From: Octopus bimaculoides
Lineage: Eukaryota
Length of the DNA: 64,000 nt
Direction of reading: 5' to 3'
NCBI RefSeq assembly: GCF_001194135.2
Contig: NC_068985.1
Location: forward strand, 1,378,815-1,442,814
Shown here piece by piece: positions 1 to 13,243 of this stretch (position 1 is the stretch's first letter; the number at the start of each line of letters is the position of its first letter). The notes under the pieces are model-generated. The model saw only the letters and a program-made list of their open reading frames with translations, did not search any database and was not told the origin of the DNA. The position numbers were made by a program, and so were the translations under genes.

Positions 1-604
1 ACATAAAAAGCATTGGTGTGGGTGATAATGATGGTGCCATGTAAAAATCATTGAGTAAACTCTGTGAAGTGGCTGGCGTTAGGAAGGGTATACACTTGTT
101 GAAACCAACTGTGTAGTATGTAAGATTAACTCCAGTATGAAGTGTAAAACTAGGAACATAGTCTACAGCATAAGGTGCATTGAAGGAGTTGCAAGGACAG
201 AAACACAGCATAGATTGGGGAGCGGGACCCAACTTTTCGTCCGATGTCACTTTGTCCACGTCTTTTAGCCCAACGTCTTTTCGTCTGATGATTTTTTGTC
301 CAATTTTAAATTGATGCTTTAGAAAACAAGGTGAACATCTAAATCAAATAATCATTGAGAATTTTATTGATAAGATTCAAGTAAAATACTGTGGAAAAAT
401 GCATTTAAAAAAAAGTCATTTTAAAAAGTAATAAGATATAATTAATGATTTATTATGATCACTTAAAATCAATGCAAATCATATGCCACACTCTTCAAAA
501 AATCAAATTTTCTTCTTGACCTATATTCAATGACCAGTCTTTTGGATCTGTGGAATTTAGTCTCTTACTAATATTCCAGACTGGTGACAAAACAGTGAGA
601 TGCT

Positions 605-800
605 GGCTGAGTTGTTACCATGCAAGCAAATGGCTCAGTGGCATTTCACCCATCTTTATGTTCTGAGTTTAAATTCCACCATGGTCCTTTGCACCCTATT
701 GGGGAAAACAAAATAAGTACCAGTTGCATAATGAGGGTTGATGCAATTGACTTAATCCTACCCTCCTGAAATTGCTGACCTCATACCCAAATTTGAAATA
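605..800 (+). mobile_element. Degraded tRNA-derived SINE, family C (GTTCAAATTCC...GCCTTTCATCC...TAAGTACCAG type)
   Basis: Aligns by eye to the copies at 16507, 26485, 43702, 48085 and 53880. Confidence 0.7.
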
Positions 801-1917
801 TTACAGACTGGATTTTTCTGTGTCGCTTGTCTAGACACTTGAGTGCCAGTCCAAAGCACTCTTACATTTATCAATTCATCAACCATATTTGCTGATCGGC
901 ACCTGTGCCAGTGGAGCACTAACAGCACTTTCCGAGCGTGATCATTGCCAGAGCAGCTGTCTGGCTTCTGTGCTGGTGGCATGTAAATAGCACCATTTGA
1001 GCATGATCATTACCAAACGATTGACCTAGGTGTACGTATGTATTCTGCATATATTTCAAAGGCTAATCAATCTTGTACTGTTTTTTGTAAAGCTCTGTAT
1101 TCCGTTCACTGCATTCAGCTGCATTAGGATTGTGCCATATGAGTATATTTTTGATATTTACTTGTGTATGTATTTATATTTAATATATGTTGTGTGTGGT
1201 ATGTGAGCTTGCATATGTGAGTGTCCACCACTACAAAGAAAATAGGAATATCCTGTTGGCAATGATGACTACGATTGGATAATAATGAGAAAGAAAACAA
1301 TAGCTGTGAATTATGGGGAGAAACAATGAAATAAAAAGCAGGGCACAATGAATCTTATAAATTACTAATGGCTGTAAGGTTGGTGTGAACGAAACTTTGA
1401 ACTGTAAGATTGAGAGTGAAAAAGAATAAATGAGAGAAAGAGAAGTAAATGAGAGAACGAAGGGTTACAGGAGAGACATTGAAGCTGGAAGAAAAAGAAA
1501 TTGTGGATTTAATATTGGTTTATTGAGTGTTTATTCATGGCAAGTGTTTCCATGCGTTCGATTAGATTGTAAACTCCAGTTGCTTGAATTTAGTTATATT
1601 TACAGCATTGAGATTCCATGTCATGTGTAGATTACTATAAAGTGTAACTAAAACTAATGTACTTGTGACTTGGACAGAGGTCTTGGAGATGTGTGTCCTG
1701 CACCTGGTAAAGCTTGGCATAACTTTGGAAAAGAAGTCATAAACACAAACCATAAAACAAATAAGTCTGTAGTTATTGAAAATTTTCGAGAGTATTATCA
1801 ATATAATGTCGTGTGTGTGTGTGTGTGTGTGTTTGTGTATGTGTGTGCATGTGCATATTTATAAGTATGTATATTTTATATGTGTGTGCGTGTGTATAGA
1901 TATATTTTATGTGTGTA

Positions 1918-1972
<55 letters not shown>

Positions 1973-2031
1973 NNNNNNNNNNATATTACAGTAAGAAACA
2001 TTCTATGTTGTTATACATTAGCCTTTCACTG

Positions 2032-2084
<53 letters not shown>

Positions 2085-5000
2085 AGGGAGAGGAAGCGGT
2101 GAGAATATATAGAAAATGGTGAAAATAATCTAAAGGCTAAAGATTGGTTTCCAAATTCTTTCATCTAATGCAAGGAATGGTTTGATTCAGCTGAGCAAAA
2201 ATATTGAATGAAATAATCCAGTGGTTCTTTAAATATATGCTAATAGTGATATTGTTAAAATTCTGTCTCGGTTCATATAGTGTCCCCACCCCCCAATAAA
2301 GTGAATATTACATGTTAGTGGAATCTCTTGTAATGTTTACTGAAAATGAAGATTTAGTATGAAAGCACTAATGACAACATAGTCATGATGTCAGAATTGA
2401 GAGCAAGAGATACAATGTCTGTAATAAACTAAAAAATATCAAAGGCCACCGTGAACAACTGCTGCGCTGAGTTTATGGTAAAGGCATTTTTCTAGTAACA
2501 AAAATGGAAAATAAAATTTTTACATGAATTGTATAATTAACAAGAATATAAGTGTAGATTCTTGAAGTGGAGATATCACTAAGCAGCAAGAATGAGAAGC
2601 AAAATGACAAACAGCCATATAAATTTGAAAATACTGACATTCAATGGAAATATTTAAAAATTTTATGATACTGGTTTTGCTTTGATTGGACGTTTTTAAT
2701 GTTTTCTAAATTTCCTTGATGAGGCTGTGCTGTATGTGTGCACCTTGGGATCAGACATCAAAGCTAGAGAAGGAGATTAGAATATGAATATGGATGGGAT
2801 AATACAAGAGACAGTAGGCTGGAGATTATATTACTGCTATTGAGCAATAGTAATTGCTGCCAAAGCTGGATGTTATAAGTGTTCAACAACAGTAAACATT
2901 GCTATTGAATGTTGAGACTCGAGAGGAGATAAATGACACCAGAAATGGCAAACCAAGTGACTGGAAAGTAGGATGAATGTAGAAACATGAACACAGTGAA
3001 TTCAATGGATTTTGTATCTAGAATGTCATCCTTAACTTATAGAGAGTGTTTAAAAGAGTTGATAGACTGAGAGCAGACCTTGAAGAAAGAGAGTGAGTTA
3101 CTGAGAAGTTCAGGAATTGCGACAAAAAGACTTTGACTAACAAACAACCAATTGATTGTTTAACCAACACATTAAACAAATGATTGATAAGTTGGTTAGA
3201 TATTTAACCAATTGACTAACAGTAAAGAAGTGATATAGAACCTGTGCATCTGTCATTATTATTGGTGTGATGACCGTCCCAAGGTACAACAAAACTTAGC
3301 TTACCAAGTAAAAGGTGTTTAGAAATAATGTGAAGCTCAATCTTAATCCATTAATCTGTCAAGATCAACTTGGTTAGTCTTATATCTAATTTCAGTTTCT
3401 ATATATTTTTATATAATCAATGAAGTACCCAAATGAAAAATTTAGGTTTATTACAAATTTGATCCAGTGCAAAGGTAAGTAGTTTAATCATTGCCAAAAG
3501 TGAAAGTGGTTGAAATGGCTGGGAGCGCAACACATATCATGTGAATTTATTTGTTCTTCTGCAGCATAACAATAAGTATAATTCCTGAGAATGCTGAAGG
3601 GAGATAAAATGATACATGGTCTAAATTCTTTAGAATTTAAATAAAATCTACTAGAAATACTAGAATCATTGCCTTCAAGTGATATCTTGACTGAGTTCAA
3701 AATAAATAGGTTTCAAAAGTCAGAATGAAAAGATTTCAAACTTGACATACACTTAGACGCCAGCTCTGCATGCATTCTTAGAGAAAATGCATAAAGAAAA
3801 TCCAAATGCATTGCAAGGTTTCTGCAAAAGATACTGCACTATGGCTGAATAAAAGATCAGATAATCTTGTGTCTTTGGATCATGATTAAGAAAGAGAGGC
3901 TGTTGTAATTGTTCACCATTTTTAACAGCAGGAATGATCAGAGGAAAATAAGTATTTGAAAATGACAACAATGTCTGATTGTAAGGAATATTTATGTGGC
4001 TCCATGTTCTAAGTAGAAAAGTGACTTGTTAGATTTCTATACTTGGCAGCAAAGATATGTCAGATTCTTTACCTGGTTTTAGTGTTAAAGCAGTAAACTA
4101 GGAATCTGCAAACCCAGACTTTGTTGAAATCCAAGATGTCGTATCACGTTTTTTTCTTAACTTTATTTGGAATAATTGAAATCACATCTTCAGGAATTTG
4201 TAGACTTTCCTAAATAATCACGGACAGAACTAATTGGTCATTTCAACAAAGTGTTTTGTGATATTTAATTATTTCCATTTCAAATGCTACCAAAGTTACT
4301 TTTGCTTTCCATTCTTTTAGGGTTAATAAAATAAGTGAAGGAGTGGAATCACTTTAATCCACAATATTCTTTATTATGGAATTAACCTGTCTAAGAAATC
4401 ATTGCTAACTTGGCTGTACTCTATAAAATAGAAACTCAGTGTTTGGAACGACTGAGATATTTTATTTTAACTGAAAGCAATGCTACATACATACATGCAT
4501 ATACATGTTTGTGTGTGCGTGCGTGCGTGCGTGCGTGCGTGCGTGTGTGTGTGTGTGTGTGGGTGGGTGGGTCACTGACTTTTACTTGGTTCAAGATATT
4601 ATCATACAACATCAAATATGGACAATAGAACAGGATCTCATTGAAAAGGAGAGTCTCTTAAATGTTACAGACTTATTTTCCCCAACAGAAGAATAAGAAT
4701 TTTAATTTTTTAAGAAGCCATACACAATTCTTTATTGAATATAATTTCTTATGTTTCCTGAAATATTATGCTAGCAAAAGTTTAGCAGCCAAATAAATTT
4801 CTTATAATTAATTTTCTTTTTTCAGAAATGTTTTAGGGATATTTACGTGTTTGTCATTCTGAAAAATTGCATATGACTTGTGGCAGGAAATGTTTTATAC
4901 ATAATGCCAAAGAATTTGGTACATTGTCATTATAGACGGTATAAATACAATGATCAATGAATTAGTTTACAAGTTGGGAGAACAAAAACGATTTCAACAG

Positions 5001-5573
5001 CAGCAACAACAACACCATCAATCACTTACCATTTTAAGAACTCAAAATATCAGACACAAGGCTACTACAAATACATAGAATTGGTTCTATCAATGCATGC
5101 ACTTCATTCGTACTTCAATTTTACAACGTCTGGAACATTAAAAACTAACATCAACTTTGACAGGAATTTGATCTCAGAACACGAATAGTCATACTTAAAT
5201 ACCACAAGACACTAAATATGATAGTCTACCAATTCTGCTCTACCTTCATTTAAATTACAATAATGATGTAAGGATTCTTCTAAAGTCTTCTGACATTTTT
5301 TGCCAATTTCTTTGACGTTGCTAAAAAGATGTACTCATCTAAGAACTTCTAGTAAATTGTTTTAATTTTTGTTTTTGTCTAAATAAAGGATTTCGTCCAA
5401 TATTGAACAATAAAACATTTACAGAAAAGAATGTTACTCTCCGTTTTTTTTTTACTTATTCTCTTATATATATATATATATAATCAATAAAAGGAAAGAC
5501 AAGAAAAAACAAGAACGCAAGGACATGGTACATGGAAAGTATAAATAAGACGCTCAGGCAAAGAAAGAAAGGG

Positions 5574-5610
5574 TGTTTTACATTTCAAGCAAAGCTCTTC
5601 TTCAGAAACA
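5574..5610 (-). ncRNA. Minimal type-I hammerhead ribozyme motif (PLE-type)
   Basis: Minus strand TGTTT-CTGAAGA-A-GAGC ttt GCTT-GAAAT-GTA-AAACA: 5-bp stem I, 4-bp stem II, GUA triplet. T at 15.2 is probably CpG decay of ACGT. Confidence 0.7.
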
Positions 5611-5686
5611 GGAGAAGGAGAGTGGAAGTAGAACAAAAGATATACATACACATATATACATACACACACACACACACGCACGCGTG

Positions 5687-6473
5687 CGAGGTTTGATCAA
5701 TAAGTATCCGGAATGTTGCCATAGTAACGAAACTAAAGCACAGAGAGTGAAGCTGCTTGGCGCAAATTAACCTTGGACTCTGTTGGTCATGTGCAATAGG
5801 TTTTAACGTTCTAGCTCACTTCAGTGCTTGGAACGAAGGTATGTAGCATGTGATCATTGCTTTGACCATGACAGAGAAAGTTGTCATGGCGATACCTGCT
5901 CAGAGGCCTATGCAACATCATAGAACGTGTATGGAGAGGGGAGTGTATGAGCCACACACAAGTGCACAAGTGGTTCAGACGCTTCCAAGATAGCCAAAAA
6001 ATGTCAATATTAATGAACGTTCTGGGACATCTGCAACCAGCAGAACTGAGAAAAACATCGCAGATGTGTATGCAGCTGCGAGAGGAAATCCTCGAATCCC
6101 CAGAGGATGTGCAGATTAGTTCCATTTTGACTCAATCCATTTTGACTCAATCCATTCTCACTGAAGATTTAGGTGTGAGATACATGTCTGCCTTCATTGT
6201 GTTGAGAACGATGAAAACCTTTTGTAAACGTTGTGTAGGCCACTGAGCAGGTATTGCCAAGCTTTTGATGAAATTTGATGCAGAAACTCTGCTCATCTTT
6301 CTCCATCATGCTCAATGTGATAATCATACGCTACACACCTTGCTTCCTTGAGCTAGAATGTTATATCACATGCACAGCAGAGTTCAAGGTCAATTTGTGC
6401 CAAGTAGCATCACTTTGCGTACTTTAGGATCGTTACAATCGCAATAGTCCGGCTACTTATCAATCAAACCATG
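5687..6473 (+). mobile_element. Internally deleted mariner (Tc1/mariner) transposon
   Basis: Imperfect TIRs (CGAGGTTTGATCAATAAGTATCCGG / CCGGCTACTTATCAATCAAACCATG) with TA on the right. Frameshifted transposase N-terminal remnants (MSHTQVHKWFRRFQD, ILTEDLGVRYMSA). Confidence 0.9.
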
Positions 6474-7532
6474 TATATATGTGTGGGTGGGGTATGTATA
6501 TAAATTTATAGATATACATACATAGATATCAGAAAAGGAGGTAAACATTGATGACGTTGAAGACTAAAGCTGGTCAAACAAAGGCTGTTGTGCTTTGTAT
6601 TATAAATGCTGTGGCCCAGGGTTTGGCCCTTTGGAAATCTTTATTCAACAACCCTGTTTTTCACAAAGCATAATATAAAATGAAAAGCCAATCAGTAAAT
6701 AATATAAATTTCATTATCTCACAGCAACCATGACAAGCCGGGGGTCAAAGTTTGAACTTATCATTTTGTTGTTAGTAGTTATATACCTGAGTCTCATTAT
6801 TACTGAGTCCATAGATTTATCAGAATGTCAGATCGTTTTTTTTTTCTGCATCTCTATTTTGTTTCTCATAATTTTTTTCCCCAAAGTCCCATTATTTAAG
6901 TTGAAAGTTCTAACAAAAGGATTCATTAGAAACACTCTGTCAGGTTCTTTGATTCCTCATCAGAAGATAGACTTGTCTGGGTAATGTAGCAGTATATATT
7001 ATGGTTTCCTGTAAGGTTCAATTGGTTTTAATATATTCTATATAGGAATCAGCATATTTCTGTTCTTGGTATAGCAGCAGCAGCAGCCAGTACGAAGAGT
7101 TGTCTCACTTCTCCACCACCACCACCACCACCACCACCACCACCATATACATAAACACTAAGCAGAAATTACTGGACATCAAAAGATTTCTCCGTTTGAT
7201 AATAGTTAAAAAGTAAAAACAAAAAACTCTGGTTGACTGCCTGTTGAAAAGAGGACTAAAAGAAGGATACTCATTGTAGTGGAAATCCTTGCCTTTCAAC
7301 CTGACTGTGATATACTATGCACTAACAAGCAGCCTGTCTCGATCAATCCCTCTAAAGACAGATGCTTGCTGCCAGTATTAGGTTAACAGTGTGAGTCAAA
7401 CAATGTTATTGTGTAATGATTAAATTTTACGACTGTATGTGTGTGTGTGGGTATGATGTATTTATGTATACTTATATATGTATGTATTGATATATATATA
7501 TCCATACATACATACATGCATACAGATATATA

Positions 7533-7567
<35 letters not shown>

Positions 7568-7571
7568 GTAT

Positions 7572-7607
<36 letters not shown>

Positions 7608-7942
7608 GTAGGTAGGTAGGTATACATATATGTATATGAGTATACATATAAATGTTTTGTAGAAACAGGAAGGATATTCTTTTTCAGTTTCGAATAAATG
7701 AAGGAATCCTACTGCCAGTGTTATTTGAATCCATTTGATTACACCCATGCTGGAGCATCGTCTCTGGGGCCTATACTAAACTTCTTTTGTTTTTTGTATT
7801 TACTTTATAAACATCAGGAAGATATTTTTGTTTGATGTTTCCTGATTTAGCTTAAAGTGCTAAATAATGGTATCAAATCCAGAAACCAATTGCTTAGTAG
7901 ATTTGTTAAAGACATTGTGACATGTCTTATAACAGACATGTC

Positions 7943-9190
7943 AAACTCCCAGCCCATGTGTAGCAATTTCATCTGACCCATGGTACCAGCTTGATATCAG
8001 CAAGAAATTGGTCCAAATGGCGGCATCAGCAAATAAAGTACTTTGCTACCCTCAGCAACAACCATGGCTTTCTGTTACAACAACACATACATAGTGTGTG
8101 GCTAAAGCAGGCCATTGCATTATATATAGCACTGACTGCACTACCTTTCTTACTAAGGGTGTCACAAAAAGTAGCAATAATTTAATACACGACTAGAAAC
8201 AATACAACTGTAACTATTACCCCCTGTCTGTACAAAAAAACATTAAAGAGGCATGATAACACAGTCACAAGTCTTAATTGTCTCCTTTTATTCTCTAATT
8301 GCACATTGTGAAGCACTGATGACGCAAAATCTACTAATCCCACAATGCACCATAACAGCCACCTTGCCACTCTTTCAGGGGATCATCTTCACGTGACGTC
8401 ATTCAGTAGTAGTAGTAGTAGTAGTAGTAGCTATCTATATCAGTGGCCAAGAGAAAAGTCGATGCTGAAAATAGAGCCTTTCAAATCTGGTGGGAAACCG
8501 AGTACATGTTTACGGACGTTGATGGCAAACCCAGGTGTCTTAAATGTGGTGCTAATGTTGCTGTACTTAAAGAGTATAATCTCTAATGCCACTACGAGAC
8601 AATACATCAGGACAAGTACAAATACCTCACTGCTGAGCAGAAGCAGCGAAAGGTAGACGAGTTGAAGAGGAATCTCACATTACAACAGACGTTTTAAACC
8701 AAATTGAAATCATAAAGTGAAGCTGTTGTTAAAGCAAGTTTTATTGTGGCAGGGGAGATTCTAAAGTCAACCCGGCCATTTACTGAAGGAGTGTTTGTGA
8801 AGAACTGTGTAAGGAAAATGTGTCCAGACAAGAAGCTGATGCGAGCGTCAGCAGAAATACGGTTGCTAATCGGGTTTGTGAGACATGGCCACTGATTTGA
8901 AAACACAGTCAATTGAAAAAGGAAAGGATCTTGCTCCATACTGTTGTGGATGAAACTACTGACATGACTGATACGTGGAGTGGACTCTAATTTGTTTGTC
9001 ACAGAGGAAATTTTGGACATTAAATTGATGCACGGGACAACAAAAGGAAAGGACCTTTTTGAAAAAATATGTCAGAGTGTAACCGACATGAAACTGCCAT
9101 GAGACAAACTTGTTGGACTTACAACTGTTGGAGCACTGGCGATGTACAGTAAGAAAAGTGGACTAGTGCAACTGAATTTCGTTGGCAGAT
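7943..9190 (+). mobile_element. hAT (Charlie/SPIN-like) DNA transposon remnant
   Basis: Left end resembles a hAT TIR (ATGTCAAACTCCAGCCC) and encloses the transposase pseudogene at 8443-9165. Confidence 0.75.
8443..9165 (+). pseudogene. GTF2IRD2/SPIN-type hAT transposase pseudogene
   Basis: Translation VAKRKVDAENRAFQIWWETEYMFTDVDGKPRCLKCGANVAVLKEYNL*CHYETIH...ASFIVAGEILKSTRPFTEGVFVK, then RNTVANR, VDETTD and MHGTTKGKDLF remnants, with stops and frameshifts. Confidence 0.9.
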
Positions 9191-10129
9191 AATGAAGAGA
9201 AAACTATTTTATACATGTATATGTGTGTGAGGTAGGTAGGTAGGTGTTTATGTATGTAGGTAGGGAGATAGTTAGCCTGCTAGATCGCTAGATAGATAAA
9301 TAAATTGATAGACAGCCTTTTTTTTACAAATTTCTTTTACCCCCACAATTGAACTATCCATTAAGATATTTCTTTATATACCAGAAAAATACACTATTAT
9401 CTTACATCCGTTTAGCATCTACTTTGCATCTTCTTTGCAAACTAAGAAGTAACTGTCAACCTTTTCTTTGTGAAAATAGAATAAATCTGAAAGTATTCAA
9501 AAGAGAATATTGAGTGACCCATCAACATCATTTTTGACTGTTTTTATATTTAACATTACATAAAAAGATTTGTTAATGAAACAACACTCTTAAGCTGAGA
9601 ATTTTCCTAGCATTGATTGAAAACAAGAAAAGATGCAGCAACAATTCCACACACATTCTCATGAAGAATTTATCAGCCAAAAAATATTACCTGGAAGTAA
9701 TATTACAAAGAGAAAAATGAAAAGAAAGGAAAACAGAACTCCCTTCATAAGAATGAGATAGAATATTTATCATTACAAGAAAGACAACAATGATAAAAAT
9801 TCAAGAAACTACATATTGAAATGGTCAAATGTCCATTATCCAATTGGCTATTACAAACACTTAAGGGTGAACTCTTTGCAATAACCAAAAATATCTGATT
9901 CACCAAGTGATCTAACACCTTGTAGAATGAATTCAAGTCGAAAATTATTTGCAATCAAAAACAATGAAATCTTATTTGTTAAGTGAGATAAGACAAATAA
10001 CCTCTACTCCATAAGCCCTCTTATTATCCTCCCCTTTCTAAATTGATCTCTTATATCTATAAAAAATGAAAAAAACCCAAAAACCGAAATATTCTAATTT
10101 AAATGACATAAACACAACAGACCGAAAAA

Positions 10130-11000
10130 TATCCGCCAACTTAAAAAAAATAAAACAAAACAGATATCTTAGCACCTAAATGCTTATAGATATCTCAATG
10201 AAAGACCATCACTGTAATCTTAGTAACAGCCATCTGTCAAGCTAGTAATCCCTTGTAAATCTAACATAAGCATCATTAGTAAGAAAATTATTGACACACA
10301 TGGATACCCGACATAAAAATACAGCATTGTCTCTCTTGAGTAAAATAAGCTGTAATTGAATGTTTCAAAACATTCTAAACAAAAATTAGTGCCATTTCAT
10401 ACAGTTTGATATTAAGGACTTTTTTTACAATAATACTAAAACCACTTCTTATTGCAGCAGTAAATTTTGTTAAATCAATTAGAATTATCAAAGAATCAGA
10501 AATTGCAATAACAATACATGTGAGGAAGTTTTTTCTGTTCCATAAAAAATCATATAGGATAAAGGAAAATATTGGTATATCATTTGATATTAGGAATGGA
10601 TGGGATCAAACAAACCTGCAGAGATTAGTGACATCATTGGCCTGCATATATTATTGGCACTGCACAGCAAATTCCCCTTTGTTTCAGGTTGAATTCATGG
10701 AATTATCGGTTTATTTCTCCCCATCCTTTGGAAAACAACATATCTCTGTTATTGTTGCCATACATCTCAAAACAGTCAACTTTCTTGACATGAAATTTAA
10801 CTGACAAAAAAATCCGCATAAAAATATAAATACATATAAAGAAAGATAAAAACATTCTGTATACACATATATTCTCCAACCTTATTAACATTATCTCCAG
10901 ACTATCTTCTTTATTTTCTAATGAATCTCTATTCAACAATATTATAGACATACAACGAAGCACTTTACAATACCTGAGGATTAAATGCAATCGCACCAGT
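10130..11000 (+). pseudogene. Penelope-like element reverse transcriptase fragment (clade not resolved)
   Basis: LVIPCKSNISIISKKIID; FIQFDIKDF, then a frameshift in a T7 run into LLIAAVNFVKS...HVRKFFLF...FDI; LKTVNFLD; TYNEAL. These follow the PLE RT order LINPAKS / FIQFDIxDFY / VNFLD / YNEAL. Confidence 0.8.
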
Positions 11001-11315
11001 GAACCACCTGCTGGTGATATCATTTCTGCAGTAATACTTATAGCTTGAAAAGAAGGACACAAACAAACGTTCAATTTATTGTTGTTGTTTAACTTTAGTT
11101 CAACCCTAACTGAGAAGACCTATAATCAAAGACAGTTCAGCCATAGGCATTACATAATGGTCGTTCCATGTGCAAAAATTTGCAATCACATTTCCTTAAA
11201 AATGTAGTATTTTGAAAAAACATGAAGGAGACAAATGGTTAGTTGGATTAAGAGATGGCTATTGAGGTGTCTTTAGATGACATAAAGATATTTATCTTGT
11301 CAGTACACATATATA

Positions 11316-11444
<129 letters not shown>

Positions 11445-12593
11445 AAGTGATAGAAAATGGAATGAATGAAATTCTTTATTTAAAATCTCTACAATTGTTT
11501 TGACACAATTTTACATCCGTGGTGTATTGGTGAGATACTGTGTAATTATTATCATACATCCAAGGTGTAAAATACACTTCCTCGGGTAATTGTTTAAATA
11601 TATCCTTTGTTAGATCCTCTCATCATTTCACTCAGTATGATAATACCAGTGTGATAATATATACAATGTGTATATGTATATATATTGTGTGTTCTGGGAC
11701 TATTGTGTGTGCTTGGAGCTAGGCATATATGACTGATGACATACAAATCTCATGGGAAAATTGCAAACACAAGCAGTAAAATTTTGATGAACCAAAAGTA
11801 TTTCCACATGAAATGGGCAGCATTTGCATCACATCACAACAATAGTTTCATACCCAGAAGTTGAGACTATGTGTGTCTTCAAACTGCAATTTTGGATTTA
11901 GGAAATTTATTGTTTTAAATGAACTGCAAGGAAAACAACCAAAATTATGGAAATAATTTCAATACAGAAAGACAAAACTAGAACACAATCGTGCTCCACT
12001 TCATCATATACAGCCTCACATATACATACATATACACACATATGAATGCATACAAACACACATATGTAGATAAGATGAGAGATTTTGTTTGTATAAAGTT
12101 TATGAATATAGAACAACCCGGAAGAAACTAAATCAATAATCTAAGAAACTAAATCAATAAGTATATTTCAAATCCTGTTACCTATATCGGAAGCGAATTC
12201 TGTGATTTGGACAATTCAAAATTGCTTTGGAATTAAAAGTTAAAAGCTGATAAATAAAAATGTCTTAGGAAGCAGATTGTGAAAACAAATTAAAAATAAA
12301 AAGCACTAAATACATTATGACAATAACTTAGCAGAATTCAACAGGAATTTTTATAGTCAGATAAATAGATTCGTTATTTTAGAAGCATAAAATGCTTGAC
12401 CAGTTATACTCTTATGACAGAAAGAATAGATTCACTGCTTTCATTTGTATGGATAAATTTCAGTAGCATACAAGTAAACTGTATCTATTTAGTACTCAGT
12501 TTTTGATTTGGAAAGAAACCACAAACAGAAAAACATGAGATATTTTTTTGCTAACTATGAAAGTACATATAATACATAATATATTAAGACAAG

Positions 12594-12961
12594 ACTTCTG
12601 CCACCCCCCAAAAAATTTTCTTCGACACAAACCCCCCTTTTCAGGAATGGGGAATATGAATCTGCAAAAAAATTGGCAAAAATCAACATTTCTAAATTAC
12701 CACCCCATTTCTTTCATTTCTAACTTTTTTCAGAATTTTTTTTCTAAATATGCGGAAAAGTACAGACATCATGATTCGGACAAAAATTTTTTAATATTTC
12801 TGTACTTACGGTTATTGTTTTTGGGTTAGTTTTAGGGTTAGTGTTGGAGAAAAATGTCAAAATTGAAGAAGTTGGTGGGGGAAAGGGGGGAAATTTCACA
12901 ATTCTGATTTTTGGCAAAAAACATTACAAAACTAAACAAATTTGTGGGGACGGGCAGATGT
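12594..12961. mobile_element. Possible MITE with degenerate TIRs and an internal TTAGGG-like motif
   Basis: ACTTCTGCCACCCCCCAAAAAATTT vs reverse complement of AAATTTGTGGGGACGGGCAGATGT; GGGTTAGTTTTAGGGTTAG at about 12824-12842. Confidence 0.4.
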
Positions 12962-13153
12962 TTTTCCATTGTTCATAATATCAGGAAATTAAAATCAGAA
13001 AATTCATCAGAAAGATATATACATGTGTAGAATAATTATTGTATTAAAAATATAAATATATATAAATATATGTAAATATGTATAAGTATAAATATATAAT
13101 AATAATAAATATAACAGTTTAAAATTTAATAGTTTAAAATTAAGCTTTAAAGC

Positions 13154-13243
13154 ATCTTACAATCGTTTCGCAAAAGTATTATCTCTATAACAGAATCCTA
13201 TATTGATAAACATTTATAGACAATACTTCTGCTCCTCAGAGAT
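13154..13243 (-). ncRNA. Type-I hammerhead ribozyme motif with long stem II
   Basis: Minus strand ATCT-CTGAGGA-GCAGAAGTATT...AATACTTTTGC-GAAAC-GATT-GTA-AGAT: canonical core, G10.1-C11.1, 11-bp stem II, 4-bp stem I. Confidence 0.85.

Noticed and set aside
1776-2112. ORFs rich in CV/YI/HT dipeptide repeats, here and throughout the track
   Set aside because: Translations of (GT)n, (TA)n and (CA)n microsatellites and of N gaps
2860-3130. Possible CR1/L2 3' remnant (LTYRECLKEL)
   Set aside because: Too short and degraded to support a call
11455-11640. Minus-strand AAACAATTGTAGAGA resembling an HHR 3' half
   Set aside because: GAAA is mutated and no matching CUGANGA core could be placed
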